Below, one piece after another: positions 12,711 to 25,370 of a stretch of 64,000 bases of DNA. A program made the position numbers and the translations under genes. The notes beneath the pieces are model-generated. The model saw only the letters and a list, made by a program, of their open reading frames with translations. It ran no database searches and was not told where the DNA came from. Source of the DNA: Mobula hypostoma (Eukaryota); assembly GCF_963921235.1 (NCBI RefSeq), contig NC_086108.1, forward strand, positions 59,088,001 to 59,152,000, in the 5' to 3' direction. Numbering within the stretch: position 1 is the stretch's first letter; each line of letters opens with the position of its first letter.

Positions 12711-15700
12711 GTGTTGGTCCTTAGCGTTACTGAGGTCTTCTCTAATAGTGGTTTAGAAAATGCAGAATGTGGTCTCTAGGAGTGAGAAGGATGGTTGGGA
12801 GTTTGTTACTGTGCAGGAGCGACAGGACAGAAAATGCACATATAAAGGCAATGGATAAAAGTCTTTCTAAGCTCATCAAACCATAGAGTTAAATTGGGCT
12901 CCTTATTTAAAACGTACATGCCAGCCACCAAGCATCTATCTACACTAATCTCATTTCCCAGCATTCAGCTGATAGCCTTGGGCATCATTGTATTTCATCT
13001 TTGTCTAAACACTTCTTAAACATCATGAAGGTATCTCCCTTCACCAGCCCTCAGGTAGTGTATATCAGGTTTCATATGCCATCAGGATGTTAAAAATTCT
13101 TCTTCAGATCCCCCTGCCCCTTGCTTTAAACCTATATAATGGACGCCTCTTCAGAAGGAGAGAACAATAAGCTTTGCTACTCTTCACCCTACCTACAGCC
13201 CTCATAATTTGTGTACTTCAGTTATGATCTATCTCAGCTTCCTCTGCTCCAAAGAAAAGCAAGTAATCCAATCCAGTCTCTCCTTGTGGTCCAAATGCTC
13301 TATCCCAACATAAGGTTTACAAAAATAAAAAGTAAACCAACAATTAAGATACTACAGCAGCTAAATTGGCTACTAAATTTTAAGTGACTGAAGGTATTTT
13401 CTCTGCATCAAAGGTGGTCTACACATTTCAAATTTATTCCAAAATTACAAACTACATTCTATGTAAGCATGTTGTGATTTGTTTCTTGTTTTATACAAAA
13501 ATAGCCACTGTATCCCATTGGAAGTTACTGCCATCCAATGTGTGAATAACATGTTCATATACGTAGGCTTCCCACATTTCCAAACCTCCAACTAAAGTTA
13601 GTCTGGGAATTAATACATAATTTAGTATTTATATCTGATAAAACCAATAAAGAAGAAAGGTAATTGTGTTCTAAGCAAATGAACACTGCAGCTTGCCATC
13701 TACCACAGCAAAATCTTGAAACAGAAGAGCACAGAGGTGCAAAAAAACTGTAATAACAATGAATAATCCATGCTTAAGTGGTTCTGACTGAATTCAGATC
13801 AGAGTGCATTTCTGACAGGGAAAAAGAAGCGAGAACAACAGATGCATTTGATTGCATTCTTTAAAAGAAACTCCAGGATGAAATCAACATCAAACCAACA
13901 CCACAGGAAGATACAGAAGGAAAATCAAGCCTTCTAATGTACCCATGTGAGTATCTTCTCCAAGAACAATTTTGGCTCTTCTGTGATTATATAAGCAACG
14001 GGTGGTTGATTTCTTGTCTTAAATTCAGTGCTAATGATAGGTGACCAACTATCATTCCTCCTCAGTGCATTATAACTCAGATTCATTGCAAAATCTCTGC
14101 TCCAACTGATAACCTTTGAAAAGTTGAACAACTTTTTTTTCAATCAATGTTCTTTTTCCTCCTAAAATCTCTATGCTTCTAAAATCAAACTTGGAGTCAT
14201 GAAGTCTATCTTTGATTTTGATTATTTTCTTTCCTATTTTTTATGACTTGTAATTGCCTTAAAGAATCTCAGAATCATTTTACCTCAGGAGGGCAGTTGG
14301 ACTCTCGAGCATCTACAAATTTCTTGTAAGCGCAACAGTTAGTTCTAATCTCTGTCCACCCTAGTACTACTGCAATCTTATTTCCTTCAAATACTTGGCA
14401 AACTTCAATTGGATTTACTTCACCGCTGTGTAGGCAGTATAAATAAAATATCTTTTCATTCTTGGTTTCTCTGGTTCTTATTCCAGCCACATTAGATCAG
14501 TGGTATCGATAATTGGCCTTTCAGTGACTGAAAATGGACTATTTTAATCAGTACATTGACTGATCAATTACATGAAGTCACCACTCAAATTCATCTGCTT
14601 TAAAGAGAACTATTCTGGGAAATCTTTTTGCACCCCCTTTAATAGCATTTACATCATTCTTAACACATGGTAACTCAATACTTCAGATGTGATCAAACCT
14701 GTGCTTCAAGAGATTCAAATAAATTCCCTTTTTTTTAACCTAGAAATTCAAATTCAGGCAGTTTTTGTTTGATAATCGGGCACTTCTTACAACTTTAATA
14801 CCAAACCTGAAGTCACACAAAAATATTGCAAGTTGGACGTCCTTGCTTTAAAGAACTATTAGTGTGGTTTGCTCCCCCCTCAAGAGTCTGAAGCCCAGTG
14901 GATATGTTTCACAGATGGCAGCCATTCTGTAGATAGACAGCTGCCATGGCATTCACTGGTGGGTCTGCAATTTACAGCAGGGGTTTATTAAAAATTACAA
15001 GGGATGTATTTTTAAAGAGGAAAACAATGGTCAGTTTTTTTTTACGCATCTAAATAGATAATGATGGAAATACTTGACAGGCTAGGCAGCAACTGTGGAG
15101 TGAGAAACAAAGGCATTTACTTCATTTAATGTGTGTTCCCAGAATTTCTATATATATTTCAGATTTTCAACATCTGTGTTTTTTTGATATTTCATTAATT
15201 CACAAGCATTTCATCCCTTTTTCTGTAATGTGCAGTCGAGCCTCACCTTACAGCTGCTTTAGATGCAGAAATTCACCATTTCAGGATTCACAGTTCACTA
15301 TGGAATAAAATTCACTTTTCTGGAATTTATATTTCCCGGCATATGCTTAGCATATGCAATTTTGCCTAATGGAAAACTGTAACATGGACATTTTTCTATG
15401 AATGCAATGTGGGAGTGACCTGTATTCCATGTGAATTATTTTTAAAGGTCACATGTTGCAATAATAGGATGGAATTTTTGTTATGGAGTAATTAAAACAG
15501 CCCCTAGAATTTGAATGTTTTATCCCATTTACAAAGTATAATAGGAAAATTAACCTGTGGCTGGAAAATGAAACAAAGTGCCAATTTCCCGAAGGAAGCA
15601 ATCTCAACATGGAATGGGCAGACTTAGTTCAAATCAGATGCAAAACACTTTTGATCTAAAATATATGCAAAAATATACAAATGGTTCTTTTTCTAGGCAA

Positions 15701-16419
15701 TGTCTCTTTTTAAAGCCTGTATGGCTTTTGAATGATAAAACAATGGACATTACAGATTATCAAATATCTGTTGCAAAAATTAGATCTCATGGCCCTGCAT
15801 TTTTCATATTATCGTGCAAAATATTTACTTTTGCTCTCTGGAAATTAAATATAGTGGAGAGTATATATGATTGTATTAATTGCATTTGAAATACAAAAAG
15901 AACAGAATCAATAACTAAAGCCTATTCTAATGAAATGTCTCCTTGCATTAAAGCAAACCACAGTTTGGTTCACACTGTGTATGAATAGTCACTGCTATGC
16001 AAAAGAAATTATAGCTAAAATTAAGACTATTGCGTGGTGGATTCAAAATAACAATGATATCAAGTATCAGATTCAGACAATTGGTAGCACCATCATACTA
16101 TCCTGAACAGTGAACAAATATATTACTCTTATACAACACAGAGTAATTATTAGTTTTACACCCATTTGGGATGACTCAAGAATATATTAATGTATTACAT
16201 AAATTAAAGATATTTTATACCACCTTTAAAATTTGTAACTTCAGAGATAATTTGACAGAATTTTATGTGCTATTTTAAAGTGAATCTCAGCTACAAATAA
16301 ACCACTCAGAATGAATTTTATCTATCGCAGTATTCATTTCAGATTTGACCATGTTTATTTGGTTAATCTTAGGAGTAGCAATCCGAGTGTTAGAGCTGGC
16401 CACAGTGAGGGACCAGCTC

Positions 16420-17200
16420 TAACATGAAGAATGTCCCATTTCAGTTGTGCAACCATACTTTTTCAGCCCTTCACTGCAGGGAACAATATCCTTGAGCTTC
16501 TGATCCTATGAACACTGCTGATGATTTGGGTGAGGATCAAATAACTCTTAGTGATATACAGTATTTTAAAGTGTTTATATCAAAGAAGGAAGACATTAGG
16601 CTCTTGCAGCAGTACCAGAGGGCAGTGCTTTTTTTTTAATCATGGGACATCAGCATTAGAAGAGAAAAAAATTGAGTTAAAGAAGGACACTCACACACAA
16701 TCAATATAATAAATTACTGAATTATAACAGGGCTTAGTAAAGTCCATGCTCTTTCTTTGCTATCTGATGGATCAATGCTTTACTGCATCCCTCACTATGT
16801 TTTCACAAGGCTTACCTTGCACTATCAAATGCATTTGTAATGTCTTGGGATTGTATTGTGTCTGGACTGAACAGGTATATGGGCCATCATCAGTGACTTC
16901 AACCTTCTGAATCTGAAGACTATATTCTTGTTTAATGCCTGATACGATTGACACGCGTGGGTCCACAGACCATTTGTCGTTCCCCGCAAAGATGATACTG
17001 GACCGGTTCAACCATGCGCCCTTTGAAGCACCATCTTCCAGATAGCATCTATAAATAACAGAAGAAATCAACACATATAATTTTCCATAAATTCAAATAG
17101 AGAATTTTGTTTTCATTTTTAACAGATCTGATGATTGTTAACATGAAGTGTCACATTTCAGTTGTGCAACAATACTTTTTCAGCCCTTCACCCCAGGAAA
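16420..17200. repeat. ~62-bp imperfect direct repeat pair (16420-16483 and 17139-17200) bracketing the NEGR1 exon
   Basis: taacatgaagaatgtcccatttcagttgtgcaaccatactttttcagcccttcactgcagggaa versus taacatgaagtgtcacatttcagttgtgcaacaatactttttcagcccttcaccccaggaaa. Confidence 0.9.
16816..17048 (-). CDS. NEGR1: Internal coding exon (233 bp, Ig domain 1) of neuronal growth regulator 1 (IgLON family); equivalent to human exon 2
   Basis: Translation (R)[77 protein letters not shown] matches recalled vertebrate NEGR1; the [22 protein letters not shown] motif distinguishes it from LSAMP/NTM/OPCML. Acceptor ...ttatttatAG|A (AG at 17050-17049), donor CAAG|GTAAG (GT at 16815-16814), phase 2/1. Confidence 0.95.
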
Positions 17201-17269
17201 TGTCTGGTAAGATATGGAATGATATTTCATCTCTTTCCACAGAATAGCACATTTAACCTTTATGAAATA

Positions 17270-18550
17270 CAGTGGATTCCAGTAAATCGGGCCATTAGTT
17301 AATTGGGGCAACCACTTATTTGGGACAACTCTTAAAGAACAAAAACTAATCAAGAAAATAGCCAGGATACTTTTCATTTATTTGGTACACCATCCGCTTA
17401 ATTGGGGCAAGTGACTGTTAGCATGCAGTTTCTAACTAGCAATAGACATGTGTTCTGACATGGCTTTAGACACTACACCATACATAGTGACTTTTGACAT
17501 TGATAGTTGGCGAGAAATAAGCAGTGAGATAATTCACAACTGTTTTGAATTGAATTGAATTAGCTTTATTTCTTACATCTTTCACATATATGAGGAGTAA
17601 AAATCTTTACGCTACATCTCTGTCTAAATGTACAAAGTGCAATTTATAGCAATTTGTAATAAATGGTAGTAGTAAATAGTATGTGCAACAGGACAGTCAA
17701 TATAGCATAGAAATAATTGAATTGATCAGACTGATGGCCTGGTGAAAGAAACTGCCCCGGAAACTGTTGGTCCTGGCTTTCATGCTGTGGTACTGTTTCC
17801 CAGATGGTAGCAGCTGGAACAGTTCGTGCTTGGGGTGACTCGGGTCCCCAATGATTGGCAATTGGAAATGCCAGAAATGACCATGAGTGAAAGTGAGGTG
17901 ATTCCACTACTTCAATATGTTAGGAACTATGAAAAACTTGAAGGTATCGATAATCTTCTTGAATGTTATAATGAAAATAAAGATTTGGAAGATGCAATTG
18001 TCTAAAGCACTGTATGAAGGCACTCCAATTTTTTGCATAAACACAAGAAAATCTGCAGATATTAGAAGTCCAAGTAACACACACAAAATGCTTGAGGAAC
18101 CCAGCAGGCTAGGCTGCATCCATGGAAAAGAGTGAACAGTTTACATTGACACTTCATCACAACCCTTCATCACCATGAAGGGTCTCAGTCTGAAGAGTTG
18201 ACTATTTACTCTTTTCCATGGATGCTGCCTGAGTTCCTCCAGCAGTTTGTGTGTGTTACTTCAATATCTGCACAAAGTGTCTGTGATGATATTGTTCATT
18301 TACAGTCAATCAGAAGAACACAACATTGCACACTGGCTGAATCAGTTTTATAGTCCTCTAGTGGTATTGGTAATGTTCAATTTGTTCTGTATTTCATTTA
18401 AATACATAATTTGTTATTCAGTTAAACAGTAGTTTGTGTTTTTTTATACCTTTTTAATTATTTCCATGAAACTTCAGCTAATTGGAGCAGCTGTTTAATT
18501 GGGTCAAAAGGTACTGGGTCCGATGAGTCCCAATTAACCAGAAACTGCTG
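17270..18550. mobile_element. Old pogo/Tigger-like DNA transposon relic with nested LINE tail (~17545-17855) and PLE palindrome
   Basis: TA|CAGTGGATTCCAGTAAATCGGG...CCCAATTAACCAGAAACTGCTG|TA degenerate TIRs with TA flanks; subterminal AATTGGG repeats at both ends. Confidence 0.6.
18039..18257 (-). mobile_element. Palindromic miniature PLE derivative (old)
   Basis: Inverted arms about ~18170 (acccttcatcac-catgaagggt); degenerate TSD actccaattttttgca / acttcaatatctgca. Confidence 0.7.
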
Positions 18551-19207
18551 TACTCAAAGATTGTGTCAAAAACTACCCACTACCAGTTAGTGTGGTACTG
18601 AGTACACCTTGGGTGCACTGGAGTTGGGAAAATTCACTTGAAACTATTAAAACTCAATTTTCCATAGAAGTCTTTCAGCGAGTGTATATTACATTCATTT
18701 TTCTCATTTGTCTGATTTTGAGTTGGAATTGGCAAGGAAGAAATTAAATTTTGTTGCTGGTGCTACAAAGACAATTGTGTATCTATGTGATATTATATTT
18801 TGAGAGAGAAAAAAACAGCAATTGTGCAAAGCAAGCATCACACATTCAGTGTCAGCTTCCTCACTAGAATGGGAATAGCAATGGGAGTTGGCAATAGCAA
18901 TTATACATCCCATTGCATTGCGTTTATCTGCCTGGTGTACTGACTATGCTCAGCCAACACAAGTTGCCATATTTTTCCCCAGAGAAATGGGATGAAAATG
19001 AGCAAATTCTCATGATTTACTTGGACCTTTAGCATACCATTTACAATTTTGCATCCAAATGTCTTTAACATTATTTTAATGTAACCTTAGAACTATCACA
19101 AAGTAGTGTGTCTTATTTTTATTTCCACATTATTAAAGCAGGGAAGCAGCTAATGAGACAGCAATTAATATTCTGCTGCTTAATTATTACTTTGATAAAA
19201 AAAGTTA

Positions 19208-19620
19208 ATAAGATCATAAGATATAGGAGCAGAAGTAGGCTATTCAGCCCATTGAGCCTGCTTCACCATTCATTCATGGGCTCATCCAATTCTTCTAGTC
19301 ATCTCCACTTCCCTGTCTTCTCCCCGTACACTGGCTAATCAAGAACCTATCTATCTCTGCCCTACATGCACCCAATGACTTGACCTCCAAGCTGCTCATG
19401 GCAAAAAATTCCATAGGCTTACCACCTTCTGACTAAAGTAATTTCTCCTCATCTCCGTTCTAAATGGACGTTCTTCAATCCTGAAGTCGTGCCTTCTTGT
19501 CCTAGACTCCCGTACCATGGGAAATAACTTTTCCATATCTAATCTGTTCAGGCCCCCCTTATTTTCCTGAACTCTAGGGAATACAGCGCAAGAGCTGCCA
19601 GATATTCCTCATATGGTATC
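19208..19620 (-). mobile_element. CR1 LINE 3' fragment
   Basis: ataagatcataagatataggagcagaagtaggc tail and body similar to the other CR1 copies. Confidence 0.75.
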
Positions 19621-21860
19621 TAACTGGAATTGTGATTGTGAGTTTTAAGAGTAACTGCAATAGAGATAAAGTGCCATGCGGAATTAGGATAGAATTAGAA
19701 TTAGAATCCATGGAAAATTCTTACTTTGGAAGGCAGTGCATTCACCAATGCATAATGTAGAAAATATAGGTCAGGAGCTTTGCTCAATTTGGTTTCTAGA
19801 TGCAAAAATCTTTTCTCAAAAGGTGGATTGGTTGGATAAGGAACATAATGGATAAGTCCGGAATAAATGGAATTCATGGAATGCCTTTTGTTCTGGGATC
19901 TAGACTCCCAATTTCACAAAAAATTAAAACAGACTAATAGAGTTTATAAATGCACAGTTTTCCATGCAGTGCACACTGTAAATGTTCTTTTATGTAGGGG
20001 ATAATGGGCTGGTGAATCAGACCTTACATGATTTCTTGTGTACCTGCATTCTCATTAAAAAAAAAGAAAAAATCTTCCAAACACAATTTACCAAAGTATA
20101 TACAAACATACTACATAACCAATTTATTTTCATAAAGTTCAATTTTACAAGGTTCCACCAACAGCAAATGAATAAGTGAATACTTTGGTAATTATGTTTA
20201 GTTATATTGGTTGAAGGAGCAATGCTAGCAGGAATATCAGTTCAACTTACTCTGAATTCAGTTATGGCAATATTTTGTTCACCTAAACAATGAGTGGAGA
20301 TCTCAGTCTAAGACTTACCACATTTAGCTCTTCATCAACACTACACAAAGTGTTAATTTGTCTTATCCTCCAAGGAACTCATTCCTATTTCAGTAGGCTT
20401 TTACTAAGGTCTAACAGGAACCTGTCAGAATTAGCACAAATGATGATTCATCTAATGCACCAAAACTTCCTCCCTTCTCATTCCCAACCAAAAGCATTTG
20501 TTGGTCCAGACTCTTCCCAGCCCCACTCACAGACATAGGGAACTGATTAGCTTGAACTCTCTAACTCCAAGACCCAATACAGCAATATTTTCTGTCCCTC
20601 AACATTCCCCTCCCTCTCTCACCTGGTTGACTCCAGTTGCTAATCAGTCCAGATGACCTACTCATCTCTAACCTAAACTAAGCACAGGTCACAGTCACTC
20701 TACCCCACCCCAACCCAACACACCAACAAGATGAATTCCCATTTGGGTCAACTAATGCCAGTTCTCATTCCCCCACCCCTTGAATTCCCTCCCTTGGTCC
20801 CCACAGATTTTTAAAAAATACTTACAGAAAGGGGATCCAATTGAAATGACAGTAAGTGTCTGCCTCAGTTTGGTGGAACCATTTGAGTAGGTTAGTTTTC
20901 TGATTTGTGCTAATGTCATTTTTTTGGACCATGGGTGTGGGACTATTATTCCTGGTTATTAACCCAAGAGGACCTTGGGGTAGCATGTGGACAGAAATCT
21001 TCACACCTAGATGTTCAGTTGTGATATTGTCCAGCACTATAACGGAAGTAAGACTGAAAGAGGTACACTGCCTATTATTGGGGTTTGATGTGTCAGATAG
21101 GAACTATGTTTAGCATCATTTAGGTAAACAACACTCACAAAATGTATTGGTACTGATACTGCATTCCTCTTATATCTCCACAAGATCAGTCAATATCTCA
21201 TTTCAACTCCCGAAATTTCTTGAAATTTTAGATGTCTGTTCTTATAGAACACACCAGTGAGCTCGAATGCGGCGTTACTGTGTTAGGGTTAAATGCTATT
21301 CAGCCCCAGGTTTTCAGTGCTTGGATGTTCACACTAGTTTGGAGCTTGAATACAACCCAACTTTCTGATTTAATGCAAAATCAACTAAATTTTCGTTTTT
21401 TAAAGTTTAAAACTGGTCATATTGGGAACGTTGTAAAAATGGTGATTGATGGAAGTATAAATATATTACTTGTGGCATGAAATGACCCAAAAACCAAGTT
21501 ACTTGTGGGACTACTGTGAAGATGTGCTGCCCATAATTTTCCATCTACTTACACAGACAAAGATAGGCAATGTCAAATATCATCAAATACAGTCCTACCA
21601 ACTTTGTCAGAACTTTTTTGCCTATAGTTTTGTGGTATAGATGTGTAAATAAGTACACAGTTGCCATTCCATCTTGTGTGTGCTCAGAAAATTATCTGAC
21701 TTACAGATTGCTTTGTTCCTAAAGGGATAACTTACTGAACTGTTTTTTTTTCATATTTCTTGTGGACACACTCACATGCCAGAAATGCTCTAAGAAAGCC
21801 AGGTGCAATTAACTGCAATGTTCAGTAAATCACATTCATGCTTAACATTCTGATAAATTT

Positions 21861-22135
21861 ATTGATTTATTTAGAGATACAGCATGGAATAGGCCCTCTG
21901 ACACTTTGAGCTGTGCCACCCAGCATTCGTCCAATTTAATCCTAGCCTAATCATCGGACAATTTACAATGACTAATTAATCTACCAACAAGTACGTCTTT
22001 AGGCTGTAGGAGGAAACTGGAGCACCCAGCGGAAACCCATGTGTCCATGGGGAGAACATAAAATTCCCTACAGGCAGTGGCGGGAATTGAACCTGCGTCA
22101 CTGGTACTGTAAAGCTGTAAAGCACTACACTACCA
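21861..22135 (-). mobile_element. tRNA-derived SINE (HE1/V-SINE-like)
   Basis: Minus strand shows an A-box-like GGTAGTGTAGTG, B box GGTTCAATTCC, central TGGGTTTCCGCTGGGTGCTCCAGTTTCCTCCTACA and a LINE-derived tail ending in (TAAA)n. Confidence 0.75.
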
Positions 22136-24839
22136 TATCACCTCACTGGTAAATGTCACTAAACAAAGAAAGATTCTCTTTTCTTAGGTGTAAAGTTCAA
22201 AAATTGCTCTTCAGCACATAGCACAAATTTGATTTTTTTTAAAGAAATCTTGATGACAAAACTGCCAGTAATCACCGTCTCTGCGGCACAAAATTAATCA
22301 TGCCTTTTGTACATTACAAATCCTTGATAAAGCGCAAAATATGTGGAAACTGTTGTCACTGACATCCAGTTCCTTAACACTATGCCCTCCTGTAGTTATC
22401 ACTGAAGGCTTTCATGAGGAGATCACTGAAATGGAGAGAATTTCAACATTTCATCTACTGTTCTCACCGAATACATTACAGAGTGAACCAAATGTTACAG
22501 AATGAGACACAACCAAGTTATTAATTGGTGTGTTAAGCAATAATTATCAAACATTATCTAAATGGAAACTTAATTTTATATATACAGTCTAACTCACTCA
22601 GATTAATTATTTCAAAGGTCTGATCAAGTTAGATTACTTGTGAGTATATGTTTCAATCTTTATTTTATTCCATATAAAATGTTTAAAAAACTAAAAATTA
22701 CAGCTTTTGACTGCTGCTTTTTTGATGCTGCTTAATTCTTGCTGAATGCTGGAGATTTGATATTAATGTCAGGAAAGGAGCAAATCATGGTAATACTTAG
22801 ATCTTTTAGGGCTGCTTTCCTTTACTTCACCAACGATGCAAAATCCAGCCAATAACTGTTGAAACCATAATTCAAGCAATGGAAGAAATGATCATAGCAA
22901 AGCATTTATCAAGAGTATTACTCATATTCTCTATGATTTAGCTACAAAGCAATCTCAAGTCTTTTTCTTTACTTTGTGAAAAATTATGAAAAACATGCAC
23001 TAAAAGAATAAATAAACTTGATAGCTGCATTGATTAAAATTACTGAAACATTTGTCAAAGTATTAACTCATTTGAAGTGAACTCTGTCATTTGTAAAATA
23101 GTTTTTTGTTGACTGAATGAAGCACATTAAGCCTGGAAATTTCATGCTTTTTAAAAACATATTCTGGAGGTCAAAGCAATTTTATGCATGTGTCATGGGT
23201 CATAATACAGACAGTGAATTATACATACACGTACTTTGACACATTCAATTACAGAATGCAATTTATTTCTGATTTTTTAAAGAGAACTGCAGTCCATCAA
23301 AGAGATCCAAGGAATATATATAGAACAGCTACAAGTACCATAAATCATGCCTATCACTATTGATAACTGTGAAAATGTCAGATCATTAACATCCAGCAGC
23401 TGAGTAAAAAGCACAATGCAAAAGAGAGCATATTCCACTACAATATTTTCAGTTTTTTATCTTGTAAACGTAATCGGCCAAGTACATTTCCAAAAGCACA
23501 TCACAGACACATATGAGCTGTGCTGCCAAAGTCACAGACCTGTTTCACAGGTCCTTGTTAACAGCTAAAACTTACTGTGTATGTATATATTTTTTTATTT
23601 TTATTTAATTTCTAAAACCTCGCAGCAAAATAAAAGGTACTGAGATCATGAAAAAAATATTTGCTGCAAAATTAAGTGCTTGTTTCTGTCTTTCAATAGC
23701 TTACTGATAAGCATTTATTTGCTAAACTTTGATTCTTTTTATTTTAATTTCCCAGCGTTATCAACAGTATAGTTCAGGGGAATTGTTCTATTTCAATTTT
23801 ACATAGTTATGCACTAAATGATAGCTCTCGCTCACTATCAGATAGTTTACACATTCAGACTGCAGGTTAAGATAGTGGTATAAGTACAATTTCACCCATG
23901 AATCAAGCCTGGAACAACCAAATCAAAATCAGACAACAATCAAATCTTACAGCCTTCTAGTCCTTAATAAATATTTAATCCTACATCGGGGTAGACCTAT
24001 CATGTAACTTGGGTGCAATGATGGAATGTTTGTGATATCAATTCAAATGAACCATTTAAAAAAATAATTAGGTGACTGAATATCGTGCTTCAAGTAATCA
24101 TATTTATATTACTTTAGTCCTGATTTTAACTCTGTTTAAGTGGTTGCCAGCTACACCTAGCACATCCTTAGGTCATGTTGGCTGTTAATGCACACAAGGC
24201 GTTTTACTGAATGTTTCAATGTACATGTGATAAATAAATGAATTTGAATCTTAATCTGAGTCTGAAGTTTTTGCTGATAGGTATTGAGGTGTGTAGGAAT
24301 ATATTCAGTGCTTCAATATGAGTCTGGATTAGCTTAAACTGGGAGTTCACTAAAATCTCACATTATTGTGATTGTTCTGATCTTATGAACTAAAGAGAAT
24401 CTACCTTCCTGGCCTCTTCCTTTTTATGGTTCATTTGGCCAAGCACTTAACAATTGGGAAGAGAACAGGCTGGAATCAAAGTAGCAGTCTGGTCCAATAA
24501 TCTCATCAGAATCCAACAGCTGTATGTACTGAAGATCTTGCCAGTTTTGGATGGATCTCCTTGTCCCCACCTTAATGAAGCAAGATAAAATCCAACATGG
24601 TGCAAATCTGGATAGCCATGGCACGTTTTCATCTTTTCTGCAGGATACCTCATTAATGGACAGACATATTGTTAACTGTAAAATTGCTATTATATTATTT
24701 TTAATGTTATATCAGTGCAGTTTCATTTTAAGAAGACATGTATTTCTCCTTATATTTCTGAGTATAGCCAAAATCTTTGAAGTGGCTGTAGCGAACTTAG
24801 GCATTGCTTAGCAATGACCCTGCATAACTTTTCATTTAT

Positions 24840-25370
24840 ATAAGGATCAAGCATTTGCAATTAAAATTGACAACAAGGATGACTTGTTTATACACCGGCT
24901 TTGCTGCTGCTGAGGTGACTAATAGACTAATGCAGGAACTGAAGACTCTTACACATGTGGGTAAGGAGATTAATTGATGAGTTGGGCAAGTGAGTAATTT
25001 TTCAGGTGGCCAAGGTTTCCAGGAACCATTGGGGATGTTACACTTCTTTAAGGAAGCAATGAGCATGGTCTTGAATCTTTTTTTGCTGCCTTGATAATTT
25101 CCTTTCACATCAGAGCTCAGAATATATTCTCCGTTTCATTGGTCATGCAAACAAAATGGCGTGTCCTACATTGCTGACTGAGTAATCAGGGCCGCAGTGA
25201 TTAGGATGTTGGCCTAGGAGAAGAAGCTGATGTTTGGTTTGCTCACAATGAATTTGAACGATATTACGGATATTACGTCTTGACAGGCCTGGAGAGGAGC
25301 AAGAACTATTGTTGCCCAGCAGACTTTGTGTTTTGTTCCTGGATCTTAAAAAAAACGTTGCTTCAATCAA
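24840..25370 (-). mobile_element. Decayed RTE LINE 3' portion
   Basis: Minus-strand remnants such as QGSKKRFKTMLIASLKKCNI and a degenerate CPTC-type zinc finger, related to 4380-4781. Confidence 0.5.

Noticed and set aside
16772..17074. 100-aa ORF as a standalone gene
   Set aside because: Only 16816-17048 is NEGR1-like and bounded by splice sites; the flanks are intronic read-through.
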